A stretch of 53,812 nucleotides of DNA, from NCBI GenBank assembly GCA_963578565.1, contig CAUZCX010000003.1, positions 1 to 53,812 on the forward strand, read 5' to 3'. The stretch is from Anaerolineae bacterium. Lineage in GTDB: Bacteria > Chloroflexota > Anaerolineae > Anaerolineales > UBA11657. Numbering within the stretch: the stretch's first letter is position 1; every line of letters begins with the position of its first letter. Position numbers and translations under genes: made by a program. This document shows, piece after piece, positions 29,910 to 40,482 of this stretch. The notes beneath the pieces were generated by a model. That model was given only the letters and a program-made list of their open reading frames with translations, was not told where the DNA came from and did not search any database.

Positions 29910-30617
29910 TCAGGCTGTATAAGTATAGGGAACGGAGTGTTCCGAGGCCGCGGGCAGCTGCTCACCACCCCCCGGCGCACGCAAATAGAGCGGCGCTAGC
30001 GAGTCGGGGTCATCCGTCTGCCCAGAAGACAGTCTCTGTCGGGCAATCGCAATCAGGCAGCCAGCACGGCGCACGTTCAGAGGAGGTGGAGCGAAGCTCA
30101 CCCGTTCTCCCAATGTAACGCGCGCAATGGCATCGATTTCACCACATACGTAAACGTTTTCTGTGTCGAGGCCTCGGAGCAGCTTATCCCAGCAGGTCAA
30201 GCGCGCCGGGCCATTAGCCTGCCATCCTGCCTCGCTCCAACGATACTCCCCCACCGCGATGCGGCCCCTGCCGGCCGAAACCACGGCCAGCAAAATGCCG
30301 TCACGCTTCGGCTGAGCGTACGCGACGATACCCAGCGTGGGCACACCCAGCAGCGGCAGCGATTGCGCTAGGGCAAACCCCTTTGCGAAAGCCAGACCAA
30401 TACGCAGCCCGGTGAATGAACCTGGGCCGAGCGCAACCGCAAGCGCCTCCAGAGCATCAGCCCGGACGCCGGCAGTGCGCAGCATGTGTTCCACCTGTGG
30501 AGCAAGTTCCACAGTGTGATTGTTGGCGCAGAGCCAATTATGTTCAGCCAGAATCTCGGCGCCGTCGTCAAGTGCCAAACTGGCCCGGTCAGTCGCAGTA
30601 TCGATAGCTAGTAGCAT
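29910..30617 (-). CDS. tsaB: tRNA t6A biosynthesis protein TsaB
   Basis: LLAIDTAT, GPGSFTGLRIG, C-terminal PLYLR. Confidence 0.95.
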   Translation of the reverse strand: MLLAIDTATDRASLALDDGAEILAEHNWLCANNHTVELAPQVEHMLRTAGVRADALEALAVALGPGSFTGLRIGLAFAKGFALAQSLPLLGVPTLGIVAYAQPKRDGILLAVVSAGRGRIAVGEYRWSEAGWQANGPARLTCWDKLLRGLDTENVYVCGEIDAIARVTLGERVSFAPPPLNVRRAGCLIAIARQRLSSGQTDDPDSLAPLYLRAPGGGEQLPAASEHSVPYTYTA

Positions 30618-31124
30618 TCAGAGGTTTCCATATTGGAAAGCAATTTTCCGGAAGCCGGCCAAAAGCTTCTCAAAGCGCGCGCCGGCCGCCCGTATTTCCA
30701 TATTGCGCTTCTCTTTCTCGACGTATCTCATGCCAATCCACAATCGCTCCCCCGGCAGTGCCGCCACAATGTTCTCCGGCCACTCCACCATCAGACTTGC
30801 TCCGGCTGCAAGTCGCTCGTCAAGGCAAATGTGTTCTGCATCGCCGGGCTGTACCATGCGGTGACAATCTAGATGGTGCAACTGCGCCCCATCCGCGCGA
30901 GAGTATTCATTAGCGAGTACATACGACGGGCTTGTGACCTGCTCCAGGGCTCCCCAGCCACGCCCTATACCAATTGCAAGCATAGTTTTACCGGCGCCCA
31001 TGTGGCCACTGAGGCAAACCAGGTCGCGGGGTCGCAGCAACTGCCCCAGTTTCACACCGTAGCGCAACGTCTGTTCACAGTTGTAACTCATGAAATCCAG
31101 CGCGTGCGCATTCATTATGGGCAT
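30618..31124 (-). CDS. tsaE: tRNA t6A biosynthesis ATPase TsaE
   Basis: LSGHMGAGKT Walker A, VTSPSYVL, HLDCHRM, VEWPE; start ATG 31124 (the ORF-track start overlaps the divergent gene). Confidence 0.92.
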   Translation of the reverse strand: MPIMNAHALDFMSYNCEQTLRYGVKLGQLLRPRDLVCLSGHMGAGKTMLAIGIGRGWGALEQVTSPSYVLANEYSRADGAQLHHLDCHRMVQPGDAEHICLDERLAAGASLMVEWPENIVAALPGERLWIGMRYVEKEKRNMEIRAAGARFEKLLAGFRKIAFQYGNL

Positions 31125-31212
31125 GACGTAGGCATTATAGCCGCCCATTGGCAGCGGAGCAAGTAGGGGTTGTGCGAACCGTGTTATTATTATCTCGCTG
31201 TCAGAATCAGTT

Positions 31213-31941
31213 ATGCGCTCCCTGATAATTGCCGACATCCACGCCAACCAGACCGCGCTCGAAGCGGTGCTGACACACGCCCAAAGCACCTTCGACACAG
31301 TCTGGTATTTGGGCGACCTTGTCGATCATGGCCCAGAACCGAACGCATGTGTGCAGCTCTTGCGTACATTGGACGGATTGGTGTGCCTTTCCGGCAACCA
31401 CGACCACGCGGCCATCGGCAAAATGGATCTGAATACCTTCAACCCAGTGGCCGCCACGGCACTACGCTGGACCCAAAGCACACTGCTGCCGGAATCACAC
31501 GATTTCCTTGACACACTCCCCTCCATGCAAGAGGTAAACGGAACCACGCTTGCGCACGGCAGCCCGCGCCACCCAGCATGGGAGTACATTTCCGATGCGG
31601 CTCTAGCGAAGCAAAACTTTGCACACTTCACCGGGGCAATATGCATCGTCGGGCACACACACATGGCGCGCGTGTTTCACCAGGACGGCAATCGGTGCCG
31701 CGAGTTAATAGCACCCGCTGGAAAGCCGTTTAGTTTGAACGCCGATCGGTATATACTTAACCCCGGCGGCGTGGGCCAGCCACGCGATCACGATCCACAA
31801 GCAGCGTACGCGCTTTTAGATATGGATACCGCCAGTTGGGTACAACGGCGCGTGCCATACAACATCCCGGAAACACAGCGCCGAATACGGGTATGTGAAT
31901 TACCCGAAACATTGGTTGCGCGGCTGGATTTAGGAGCATGA
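31213..31941 (+). CDS. Metallophosphoesterase (calcineurin-like, YfcE-type)
   Basis: [34 protein letters not shown]. Confidence 0.92.
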   Translation: MRSLIIADIHANQTALEAVLTHAQSTFDTVWYLGDLVDHGPEPNACVQLLRTLDGLVCLSGNHDHAAIGKMDLNTFNPVAATALRWTQSTLLPESHDFLDTLPSMQEVNGTTLAHGSPRHPAWEYISDAALAKQNFAHFTGAICIVGHTHMARVFHQDGNRCRELIAPAGKPFSLNADRYILNPGGVGQPRDHDPQAAYALLDMDTASWVQRRVPYNIPETQRRIRVCELPETLVARLDLGA

Positions 31942-32084
31942 AGATGAGAATGCGCAAAGAACTGAACATGAAAAGTATACAGACAGCGACAATGTTAGCA
32001 CTGGCAACCTGCGGAGCTGGTCAGCAGGCGCAGAAGCAAGTGAACTACCCGGCCATATTCGGACTGAAGGCAGCAGTACAATGA
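31938..32084 (+). CDS. Putative small protein (46-48 aa) filling the gap before moaC
   Basis: Open frame [48 protein letters not shown]; ATGA overlaps with both neighbours; AGGAG lies 7 nt before the in-frame ATG 31944. Confidence 0.35.
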   Translation: MKMRMRKELNMKSIQTATMLALATCGAGQQAQKQVNYPAIFGLKAAVQ

Positions 32085-32578
32085 CTGACAGCACACCGCT
32101 TAGCCATCTGGACGAACAGGGTCAGGCGCGCATGGTGGATGTAGGCCAGAAACCGGAGACAAAACGAGTGGCCATCGCCCGTGCCGAGGTACACATGCGG
32201 CCAGAGACACTGGCCCTCATCCGCTCTGGAGATCTAATAAAAGGCGATGTATTCACAGTGGCCAAACTTGCCGGAATCCAGGCCGCCAAACGTACCGCCG
32301 AACTGATTCCGCTCTGTCACCCGCTGACGCTCACGCACATCGAGGTGGAGCTGGCGCCAGCCAACCGTCTCTCCGCTCAGGAGTGTGGAGTGGAAATCAC
32401 CGCAATCGCCCGTGCCACGGGAAGAACCGGTGTGGAAATGGAAGCACTCACTGCTGTTACGACCGCCGCTCTCACCGTCTACGATATGGCGAAAGCAGTC
32501 GAGAAAACTATGCGCATTGCAAACGTGCGCCTGGTGGAAAAACGGGGCGGCGCGAGCGATGACATAATTAACGAATGA
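32081..32578 (+). CDS. moaC: Cyclic pyranopterin monophosphate synthase MoaC
   Basis: [41 protein letters not shown]. Confidence 0.97.
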   Translation: MTDSTPLSHLDEQGQARMVDVGQKPETKRVAIARAEVHMRPETLALIRSGDLIKGDVFTVAKLAGIQAAKRTAELIPLCHPLTLTHIEVELAPANRLSAQECGVEITAIARATGRTGVEMEALTAVTTAALTVYDMAKAVEKTMRIANVRLVEKRGGASDDIINE

Positions 32579-33327
32579 ACATCACCGTTCTGTTTTTCGC
32601 AACGCTAAAGGAGCGCGCCGGAACTGAGCGAGTCGTGCTGGAGCTGGCCAAAGACTCCAGCGTGTCCGACCTGAAAGCTGCACTGCAGCGACAGATGCCC
32701 GCACTGGAAAAGTCGCTGACCTCCGCGCTGGTCTCGATCAATCGTGAATTCGCGTTCCCGGAAGACCCGCTTCCACCGGATGCCGAAGTGGGAATTTTCC
32801 CACCGGTCTCTGGCGGCGAGGAACCACCAACGATAATAGAGATACGCACCGGCCCGCTAAGCATCGATGAATTTACTGCTAGAATTATCCACGCGACCAC
32901 TGGCGCTCTATGCGTGTTTTCCGGCATCGTGCGCGCCCGCACCACCCGCGCCGAGGCGCACCATCCTCCGCACGACACTGAACAGCTGCAATACGAGGCG
33001 TACGCTCCCATGGCGGAAGTTAAAATGCAACAGGTAGCCGAGGAGATCCGAACGCGCTGGCCGAAAGTAGACGGTATCGCCATCGTGCAACGTATTGGCG
33101 TCCTGGCGCCGCGCACGACCACGGTGTTGATTGCCTGCTCCGGAGCACACCGCGATTCGGGGGTTTTCGCCGCCGCCCGCTACGGCATCGACCGTCTGAA
33201 AGAAATTGTGCCAGTGTGGAAAAAGGAAATTGGCCCAGACGGAGCCGCCTGGGTACAAGGCCAGTACCAGCCCACCCCCGAAGACCACGCATCTCCCGAA
33301 TCAGCGCTGGACAAAAGAACGCAATGA
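32575..33327 (+). CDS. MoaD-MoaE fusion molybdopterin synthase (MoaX-like)
   Basis: N-terminal [16 protein letters not shown] (MoaD) fused to [28 protein letters not shown] (MoaE). Confidence 0.93.
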   Translation: MNITVLFFATLKERAGTERVVLELAKDSSVSDLKAALQRQMPALEKSLTSALVSINREFAFPEDPLPPDAEVGIFPPVSGGEEPPTIIEIRTGPLSIDEFTARIIHATTGALCVFSGIVRARTTRAEAHHPPHDTEQLQYEAYAPMAEVKMQQVAEEIRTRWPKVDGIAIVQRIGVLAPRTTTVLIACSGAHRDSGVFAAARYGIDRLKEIVPVWKKEIGPDGAAWVQGQYQPTPEDHASPESALDKRTQ

Positions 33328-33719
33328 CCATATTTGCGCACTCATGGTTCTTTCGATCTCCCGGGAGAGACATTCATAACGTCGCCGAGCGTGTGCGCCA
33401 ATCGCTGTGGGCATCCGGGTTATACTCCCTCTGGCTGGAAGCCGGCAGCGCCGCTGCGCCATTTAAAATGGTGGGCAATCACGGTAAGGAGCCGCTGGAA
33501 CTTGAATGGGAACCGGCCACGTGGTTACGATTGAGAACCAAGAGCAAAGACTCGCCCGTGTGTGAACATCTTGCCTGGGTACTCGGACGGGGTCCGAGCC
33601 TGCGGTTCACCGACCAGCATGGATGGGCGGTCTGGGAGTGGCTGCTACAGGACAGCACCGCACGCTGGAGCGAAATCTCCGGAAACCCGATCTATCAGAA
33701 CCCGCGGCGCTTCGATTGA
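33324..33719 (+). CDS. Hypothetical Trp-rich protein
   Basis: ATG 33324 overlaps the moaDE stop (ATGA); [28 protein letters not shown]; no family recognised. Confidence 0.55.
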   Translation: MTIFAHSWFFRSPGRDIHNVAERVRQSLWASGLYSLWLEAGSAAAPFKMVGNHGKEPLELEWEPATWLRLRTKSKDSPVCEHLAWVLGRGPSLRFTDQHGWAVWEWLLQDSTARWSEISGNPIYQNPRRFD

Positions 33720-33748
33720 ACACGTTCACGCGTCGTCGCACCACTGAC

Positions 33749-34330
33749 ATGTCCGATCTGTTGCACGATCTCGCCACCCTGCAGTCTATGGTGACAGATT
33801 TCAACGATTTCGTCCGCTCAGACACGGTGTTCTGGCAGCTCTCAGATGCCGGCCCGTTCCGGAAACGTTTCCCAAAATTGACCATCGCTGGGCTACTCTT
33901 TTGCCAGCACAAACTCACCGTGTTCCAGGAAAAGATACCGACCGAAAAGCAAGCATACCTGCAGCAGGTGCAGACACAAGTTGACCGGTATCTATATAGT
34001 TGGCACGCAAACGTGGAGAGGAAAGCGTTGCGTGAAATCGGCGGCCGCTTGCACTCGTGGGAGTGGTATATTTCTGATTGTCGCGAAGACTCGGGTGACT
34101 GCACAACACACTACGCCACAGAGGTGTACACACGTGTTTACGTCCACTTCCTGCTGCAACTGCTCAGCGAACTACCCGCTGCCGACACCGCCCGCGCCCA
34201 GGCTGAAGCAGCAGATGCTGAATTGCGCACCGTATTCCATCCAGGCTCGTTCGTGTGGGAGTATGCCCTGAGCACTGCCTTCCCGACCGAAGAATACTGG
34301 TTTCTGTACGGACGGCCTGGAGACACATAA
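33749..34330 (+). CDS. Hypothetical helical protein
   Basis: MSDLLHDLATL..FWQL..PKLTIAGLL..KALREI..RLHSWEWY..PGSFVWE..FPTEEYWFLY; plausible composition and operon position; TTG 33716 is an alternative start. Confidence 0.65.
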   Translation: MSDLLHDLATLQSMVTDFNDFVRSDTVFWQLSDAGPFRKRFPKLTIAGLLFCQHKLTVFQEKIPTEKQAYLQQVQTQVDRYLYSWHANVERKALREIGGRLHSWEWYISDCREDSGDCTTHYATEVYTRVYVHFLLQLLSELPAADTARAQAEAADAELRTVFHPGSFVWEYALSTAFPTEEYWFLYGRPGDT

Positions 34331-34353
34331 CTTTTCTTTCTTCGCCACGCAAT

Positions 34354-35880
34354 CTATTTGGCGTAATCTACCGCACGTGTCTCCCGTATCACGGTAACTT
34401 TGATCTGACCCGGGTATTGCATAGTCCCCTCTACTTTCCTGGCCACGTCACGCGCAATCTGTAGTGCGGTTAGATCATCCACTTTGTCCGGGCTGACGAT
34501 TATGCGTACCTCGCGCCCAGCCTGCAGGGCGAAAACCTCGCCCACCCCAGCTGTCTGACTGGCGATTTCCTCCAGCGTGCGGATGCGCTTGACATATTGA
34601 TCATAGTTCTCGCGGCGGGCCCCAGGACGCGCGCCTGAGATTGCGTCGGCCACCTCCACAATGGTCGCCTCCACACATTCTGGATCCACCTCATGGTGAT
34701 GGGATGCAACAGCATTGCACACCATCGGAGAAACCCCGTAGCGGCGGCATATTTCCGCCCCGATGGCAGCGTGTGTGCCCTCAACTTCGTGATCGACTGC
34801 CTTGCCTAGATCATGCAGCAGCCCACCCGCTTTCGCCAACTCAACATTTGCGCCAATCTCCGCGGCAATCACGCCCGCAAGCCGTGCCGTCTCAATCGCA
34901 TGCGCATGTTGGTCTTGACCGTATGAGGTACGAAACTTAAGTTTGCCAACAAGCTGCAGGATTTCAGGTCGCAGGCCGGGCACACCGGCATCATGGCTGG
35001 CACTTTCACCCTCCTCTTTGATAATTACCTCGACTTCTCCTTTTGCATCTTTCACTGTTTTTTCGATTTGTGTAGGGTGAATACGCCCATCCAGAATGAG
35101 CTTTGTAAGCGCCCGCCGGGCAACCTCCCGCCGCACCGGATCAAACGAAGAAACCATGACTGCCTCAGGCGTATCGTCCACCACCACATTCACCCCAGCG
35201 GCTTGCTCGAATACACGGATGTTGCGCCCGTTACGCCCGATGATTCGCCCTTTAAGATCGTCGGAAGGAATAGGGACAATGGAGATGGAATGTTCCGACA
35301 CCTGTTCGCTTGCCAAGCGCTGCATGGCCACCACTAGCAATTTCCGGGCCCGGTTTTCGCTCTCGATTTTGGCTTCCTCTTCGATGCGTCGAATCATGCG
35401 CACCATGTCACCGCGGGATTCCTTTTCCGCTCCCGCCATGATCTCCTCTCTGGCCTCGTTCGGACTAAGCCCAGAAATGCGCTCTAACTCGTCCAGTTGT
35501 TGTTGTTTATGCTGCTCCAGTTCTCGCGCCAGCTTGTCAATAGCGCTCTGACGCTTGCTCAATTGGTTCTCACGCTGCTCGACCTTATCAGCACGGTTTT
35601 CCGTCTCGGTACGACGCTCGTACAGACGTGTTTCTTCGCGCTGTACATCTCGGCGGCGGTCGGAAATTTCTTTCTCCAGCTTGTCACGCCGACGATGCAG
35701 TTCCTCCTTCAACTCCATTTGAAGGTCACGCTCCTTCTCGAGCATAGCCGCATCCATACGCTCCCTTTCCGCCTGAAGCTGCGCACCGACAGCACGGCTC
35801 TGGTATCGGTACAACAGGAACCCGACCAGCGCTACCAGAACAATCACTGCCGGACCCACAATCAAAATGTTTTCGGCCAT
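34354..35880 (-). CDS. rny: Ribonuclease Y
   Basis: N-terminal TM plus coiled coil, KH domain KGRIIGRNGRNIR, HD domain LLHDLGK, ADAISGARPGARR, YPGQIKVTVIRE. Confidence 0.97.
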   Translation of the reverse strand: MAENILIVGPAVIVLVALVGFLLYRYQSRAVGAQLQAERERMDAAMLEKERDLQMELKEELHRRRDKLEKEISDRRRDVQREETRLYERRTETENRADKVEQRENQLSKRQSAIDKLARELEQHKQQQLDELERISGLSPNEAREEIMAGAEKESRGDMVRMIRRIEEEAKIESENRARKLLVVAMQRLASEQVSEHSISIVPIPSDDLKGRIIGRNGRNIRVFEQAAGVNVVVDDTPEAVMVSSFDPVRREVARRALTKLILDGRIHPTQIEKTVKDAKGEVEVIIKEEGESASHDAGVPGLRPEILQLVGKLKFRTSYGQDQHAHAIETARLAGVIAAEIGANVELAKAGGLLHDLGKAVDHEVEGTHAAIGAEICRRYGVSPMVCNAVASHHHEVDPECVEATIVEVADAISGARPGARRENYDQYVKRIRTLEEIASQTAGVGEVFALQAGREVRIIVSPDKVDDLTALQIARDVARKVEGTMQYPGQIKVTVIRETRAVDYAK

Positions 35881-35883
35881 TAC

Positions 35884-36513
35884 TTAGTCCTCGTTATCGT
35901 ATTGTTGTGCCATCAGTTCATCAATGACATCACTGACGATCTCGTATACAAAACCACGCCGTGCTAGGAATTCTCGCAGCTTTCTACGCCGTTCGGGCAC
36001 AGGCAAACCTCGCAGCCGAACTGCCTTCTGCCTAGTTGCCCGACGAGCATCCGCCAGTTCATCCACATTCTCCAGTACGGCTTCAATCACCTCATCCAAA
36101 ACCCCCTTCTGGTGCAATTCAACACGCAACGCACGCCGTCCGCGAGGCCTAAAAGTGCTCCTGTTCTCCACCCAAAATTCGGCGAAGACTGCATCATCAA
36201 TTAAACTCGCCGTGCGAAGCCGTTGCAGCACCGCCTGCGCCACTCCCTTCGGTAACCCGTGCCTCGCTAGCCGCATGCACACCTCCGCCTCAGACCGCGG
36301 TCTGTGCGCCAGAAAGCGCAGCGCCTTCTCGTACGCTCTTTCCACCTCGTCTCCTTCCCGCAATCGAGCCACATCGCTCTCCGAAAGTGCTTGGCCAACG
36401 TTCAGTTCATGCACCTGATGAAGCGCCAGCCCAAAAGCAAACTCGCCATCCAGAAACACGTTCACGCGTTTCTTGGCGCGCTTTTGCGGCTGTAAGGCGG
36501 TGATTGTGTGCAT
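35884..36513 (-). CDS. recX: RecA regulator RecX
   Basis: RVNVFLDGEFAF, ALRFLAHRPRSEAEV, LIDDAVFA, ELHQKGV, FLARRGF; downstream of recA. Confidence 0.93.
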   Translation of the reverse strand: MHTITALQPQKRAKKRVNVFLDGEFAFGLALHQVHELNVGQALSESDVARLREGDEVERAYEKALRFLAHRPRSEAEVCMRLARHGLPKGVAQAVLQRLRTASLIDDAVFAEFWVENRSTFRPRGRRALRVELHQKGVLDEVIEAVLENVDELADARRATRQKAVRLRGLPVPERRRKLREFLARRGFVYEIVSDVIDELMAQQYDNED

Positions 36514-36527
36514 ACGCTCCCCGAATC

Positions 36528-36555
36528 AAAAAACCGTGACACTAAATGTCACGGT
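36528..36555 (-). terminator. Intrinsic terminator immediately upstream of the recX RBS
   Basis: Minus strand ACCGTGACA-TTTAG-TGTCACGGT followed by TTTTT (perfect 9-bp stem). Confidence 0.75.
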
Positions 36556-36974
36556 CATCGCCAGCTATCGGCTCAAAAGTGCCGGTTGCGTCACTGCCAG
36601 ATTACCCTGCTAGTATGATGCTGAATGTACCGCAGGCCTCCGCGATTTATGTCGCGAATCATCCAATGCGGAAAATAACAATCAGAAAAGCTAGAACCGC
36701 CGTCGCAATTATCCTGTCGATTTCAACGCGTTCGTTCTCTGCTCAATTCCGATTTGTTTATTCAAACACCTGCGCCCGTCTCATTAAGAGAAAGGTGACA
36801 CAGCATAATCCGACTTTTTCGCTTGCTAAGTTACGGTCTGGCGACGACCTGACCGCCGATTTCTCCCGACGGCTATTGCCATCCACACTGAGCAATCCCT
36901 TTACTACCCACGACTGCTGACCAGCAGCACATTAGGATCACGTTGAGCACGCGCAGATGTGGCCCTCCGGACGG

Positions 36975-38015
36975 CTATTCCACACCTGCTTCGTCATTCT
37001 CGTCCGTCTTTGTTGTCCCAGGATTATCCGGAGCAACAAGCTCTCGAACATCTTTTTCAATACCGGCTGCTACCTCTGCGTTCTCCTTAAGGAAACGCTT
37101 AGAGTTTTCTCGGCCCTGTCCCAGTCGTACTTCACCATAAGCGTAAAACGCCCCGCGCTTGTCGATGATTTCATGTTCCACGCCTAGGTCAAGCAAATCA
37201 CCAGTCTTGCTGATACCCTCATCATACATGATGTCAAACTCGGCCTGTCTGAACGGGGGAGCGACCTTATTTTTCGTCACGCGCACGCGAATGCGGTTAC
37301 CCACCATCTGCTGCCCATCTTTAATTGCCTGCAGGCGGCGTACATCCAGGCGCACGCTAGCGTAATACTTCAGCGCCTGACCACCAGTAGTCGTTTCCGG
37401 GTTACCGAACATCACGCCTATTTTCTGACGCAGTTGATTGGTGAACACCATGGCGGTGTTCGATTGCTTGATCGCTCCCGAAAGTTTGCGCAAAGCCTGA
37501 CTCATCAAACGAGCCTGGTTTCCCATCGTTGCGTCGCCCATATCGCCTTCCAATTCAGCCCGCGGCACTAGAGCAGCTACAGAATCTATGACAATTACAT
37601 CAATTGCCCCAGAGCGAACCAGAGAATCTGCTATTTCCAGGGCCTGCTCACCGGTGTCGGGCTGCGCGACATACATGTTTTCGATATCCACTCCCACTTT
37701 CGCCGCATAGTTCGCGTCTAGAGCATGTTCCATATCGATGAAAGCGCACACCCCACCAGTCTTTTGCGATTCGGCTACGATATGTTGACAGAGGGTGGTT
37801 TTTCCAGCCGATTCCGGGCCATAAATCTCGGTCACGCGACCACGCGGAATGCCGCCAATGCCTAAGGCAATATCTAGAGAAATAGAGCCGGTGGAAATGG
37901 CTTCCACCGCCAGAGTGGCAGCATCACCCAGGCGCATGAGCGCACCCTCACCGAAACGTTTCTGTATTTGCGAAAGCGCAGTTTCTAACGCTTTTTCGCG
38001 ACCACTACTACTCAT
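36975..38015 (-). CDS. recA: Recombinase A
   Basis: [51 protein letters not shown]; start ATG 38015. Confidence 0.98.
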   Translation of the reverse strand: MSSSGREKALETALSQIQKRFGEGALMRLGDAATLAVEAISTGSISLDIALGIGGIPRGRVTEIYGPESAGKTTLCQHIVAESQKTGGVCAFIDMEHALDANYAAKVGVDIENMYVAQPDTGEQALEIADSLVRSGAIDVIVIDSVAALVPRAELEGDMGDATMGNQARLMSQALRKLSGAIKQSNTAMVFTNQLRQKIGVMFGNPETTTGGQALKYYASVRLDVRRLQAIKDGQQMVGNRIRVRVTKNKVAPPFRQAEFDIMYDEGISKTGDLLDLGVEHEIIDKRGAFYAYGEVRLGQGRENSKRFLKENAEVAAGIEKDVRELVAPDNPGTTKTDENDEAGVE

Positions 38016-38209
38016 TGAAGCCCTCCGCAAAATCCTGAAACAAAGTTTACCGTATTATGTGGCACAAGGCAAATGAAAACGCTATGTCTGCGCCGGCTCG
38101 CTTCAATGTATAATGCATATTCAATCCTGACTAAAATTTGCGCCACCTCACGGGTGGCGCAAATTTCTCAAATGACCTACTCGAGGAAGGAAACAAACGA
38201 GGGTTAGCA

Positions 38210-39499
38210 ATGACGGAAAACACCCTGACAATTACTGACAACCGCACTGGGCACACTTACGAAATCCCCGTCCAGAACGGCACAATCCGCGCCCTCGACC
38301 TACGCCAAATAAAGACGCATGATGATGATTTCGGCATGATGTCGTACGACCCCGGATATACAAATACGGCCGCTTGCAGCAGCCGAATCACCTTCGTAGA
38401 CGGAGAGAATGGTGTTCTCAGATATCGAGGCTATCCAATCGAGCAGCTGGCTGAGCAGAGCAGCTTTCTGGAGGTTTCTTATCTACTCATCTACGGTGAA
38501 TTGCCCGATGCACAACAATTGAAACATTGGGAAGAACGGGTGATGCATCACACCTTCCTCCACGAAAACTTGGCAAAGTTGATGCAGTCTTTCCGTTACG
38601 ACGCTCACCCGATGGGAATGCTGATTGGAACCATCGCGGCAATGTCCACATTACACCCCGACGCGAAGGATATTCACGATGAGAAATCCCGTCAGAAACA
38701 GATTTGGCGTCTCCTCGGAAAGCTTCCAACCGTGGCTGCCTTCGCATATCGCCGCCGCATAGGTCGTCCGTACAACTATCCCGATAGCTCACTCGGATAC
38801 ACAGCCAATTTGCTATACATGATGGACTACATGAATCAGAGCGACTACCAGGTCAACTCAGTACTGGCCAAAGCACTTGACGTGCTCTTCATCCTGCACG
38901 CAGATCACGAGCAGAATTGCTCCACCGCTGTCATGCGCGGCATAGGCTCCAGCCTCACCGACCCTTACAGCGCTATGGCCGGAGCCGCCGCCGCCCTATA
39001 TGGCCCACTGCACGGCGGCGCGAACGAAGCCGTATTGCGCATGCTAAATGAAATTTCCACGGTGGAAAACATCCCAGGATACATTGAGAAGGTCAAGGCA
39101 GGGAAATTCCGATTGATGGGGTTCGGACACCGCGTGTACAAAAATTATGACCCACGTGCCCGTATTATCAAGAAAGTAGCCGATGACGTTCTGGCCGTAA
39201 CCGGCCGCAATCCTATCCTGGATATCGCGCTAGAATTGGAGCGCATAGCGCTAGAAGATGATTATTTCCGCTCGCGTCGACTGTACCCCAATATTGATTT
39301 TTACAGCGGCATCATTTACCAGGCGATGGGATTCCCGCTGGATATGTTCCCGGTACTGTTTGCTCTCGGACGCGCCCCAGGATGGCTCGCCCAGTGGCTT
39401 GAGCTGATTGATGACCCGGCTCAAAGCATCGCCCGCCCACGCCAGGTGTTCATTGGCTCGGAGAAGCGTGATTATTCACCACCGGCGCAGCGTGGTTAG
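38210..39499 (+). CDS. gltA: Citrate synthase
   Basis: YDPGYTNTA, LRYRGYPIE, ILHADHEQNCST, GPLHGGAN, GFGHRVYKNYDPRA, YPNIDFYSG; start ATG 38210. Confidence 0.96.
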   Translation: MTENTLTITDNRTGHTYEIPVQNGTIRALDLRQIKTHDDDFGMMSYDPGYTNTAACSSRITFVDGENGVLRYRGYPIEQLAEQSSFLEVSYLLIYGELPDAQQLKHWEERVMHHTFLHENLAKLMQSFRYDAHPMGMLIGTIAAMSTLHPDAKDIHDEKSRQKQIWRLLGKLPTVAAFAYRRRIGRPYNYPDSSLGYTANLLYMMDYMNQSDYQVNSVLAKALDVLFILHADHEQNCSTAVMRGIGSSLTDPYSAMAGAAAALYGPLHGGANEAVLRMLNEISTVENIPGYIEKVKAGKFRLMGFGHRVYKNYDPRARIIKKVADDVLAVTGRNPILDIALELERIALEDDYFRSRRLYPNIDFYSGIIYQAMGFPLDMFPVLFALGRAPGWLAQWLELIDDPAQSIARPRQVFIGSEKRDYSPPAQRG

Positions 39500-39535
39500 A
39501 GTAGATCTGCAGCACAGCGCCCCTCTCCACTCCCT

Positions 39536-40390
39536 GTGATCATCCAACCGCACACCGAGGTCCGCTCGGCGAGCACCACCCACCTCCGGGAACTTCTGCG
39601 GCTGCTGCGCACGTCCGAACGCACCCATCACCACCTCGACTGGCAAAATACTGCAGGCTGGCTGCAACAGCATCCGTGCCATGTTGCGTTCGCTGACAGC
39701 ATTCCGATCGGGATGCTGTCAATACCTGTGGAAACGGCCAGTGCAGCGTGGCTGCGCCTAGCCACGGTAAGAGACGATGAGCCCGACACGTCAACGATGA
39801 CCCCGCTCTGGACGACTGCAAGGGAAGAACTGCAACAACAGGGCGTCACGCGCGCAGTTGCCCTGACCGCCAACGTTTGGCCAGAGCGTCTGATACCGCC
39901 ATGGGGATTCGTGCCATGCGGGCATGTCGTAGTACTCCGGCGTGAACAGGCACCTCCGCCGCCAATCGCGAAGACCGCTGCCCTAATACGTGCTGCCACC
40001 CATACCGATTTGGAAGCAGTATTCCGGATAGACCAAGCGGCTTTCGGGCCAATGTGGAGGTACTCGCTGCGAATGCTGGATATGGCAGTGCAGCAGGCGA
40101 ATTACGCCACAGTAGCCTATCAGGACAATGACATTGTCGGGTATCTTCTGGCCACTAAGGCCAATGGAAAGATGTTTCTGGCGAGACTGGTGGTGACGCC
40201 GGAATTTCAGGATCGCGGGATCGGTCGAACGCTAACTCTAGACATGCTGCACCACTTTTCGCGCGGGCACACACCAATGGTGGAGGTGAACACCCAAGAA
40301 AGCAATGTAGCTTCAATTGCTCTATACCAGGCACTGGACTTTGAACTCACCGGTGAAAAGGCGCAGGTCTGGCAATGCCAGATCAACTAA
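39536..40390 (+). CDS. GNAT-family N-acetyltransferase (RimI-like C-terminal domain)
   Basis: LARLVVTPEFQDRGIGR acetyl-CoA motif, VNTQESNVASIALYQALDF. Confidence 0.85.
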   Translation: MIIQPHTEVRSASTTHLRELLRLLRTSERTHHHLDWQNTAGWLQQHPCHVAFADSIPIGMLSIPVETASAAWLRLATVRDDEPDTSTMTPLWTTAREELQQQGVTRAVALTANVWPERLIPPWGFVPCGHVVVLRREQAPPPPIAKTAALIRAATHTDLEAVFRIDQAAFGPMWRYSLRMLDMAVQQANYATVAYQDNDIVGYLLATKANGKMFLARLVVTPEFQDRGIGRTLTLDMLHHFSRGHTPMVEVNTQESNVASIALYQALDFELTGEKAQVWQCQIN

Positions 40391-40482
40391 TAATGGTGCG
40401 TACCAGACAGCATGAACTGCCGGAACGGCACCGCCGAGTTCAGGTACAATCGTCAGCGCGGCGCTCAAATGCAGTCTGAGAA

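Noticed and set aside
36556-36612. 6S RNA or c-di-GMP-I riboswitch, suggested by short motifs (TGAGCCGATA, GACGCAA)
   Set aside because: I could not build the required secondary structure, and a 6S-length RNA starting here would run into recX
36546-36920. 124-aa plus-strand ORF in the recA-recX gap, and a hydrophobic minus-strand frame (IIATAVLAFLIVIF)
   Set aside because: No recognisable motif, antisense to the operon and overlapping the terminator; the minus-strand frame lacks a start and has upstream stops
38035-38050. LexA/SOS box upstream of recA (GAAACAAAGTTT)
   Set aside because: Only 6 of 8 positions match GAAC-N4-GTTC; too weak without a genome-derived matrix
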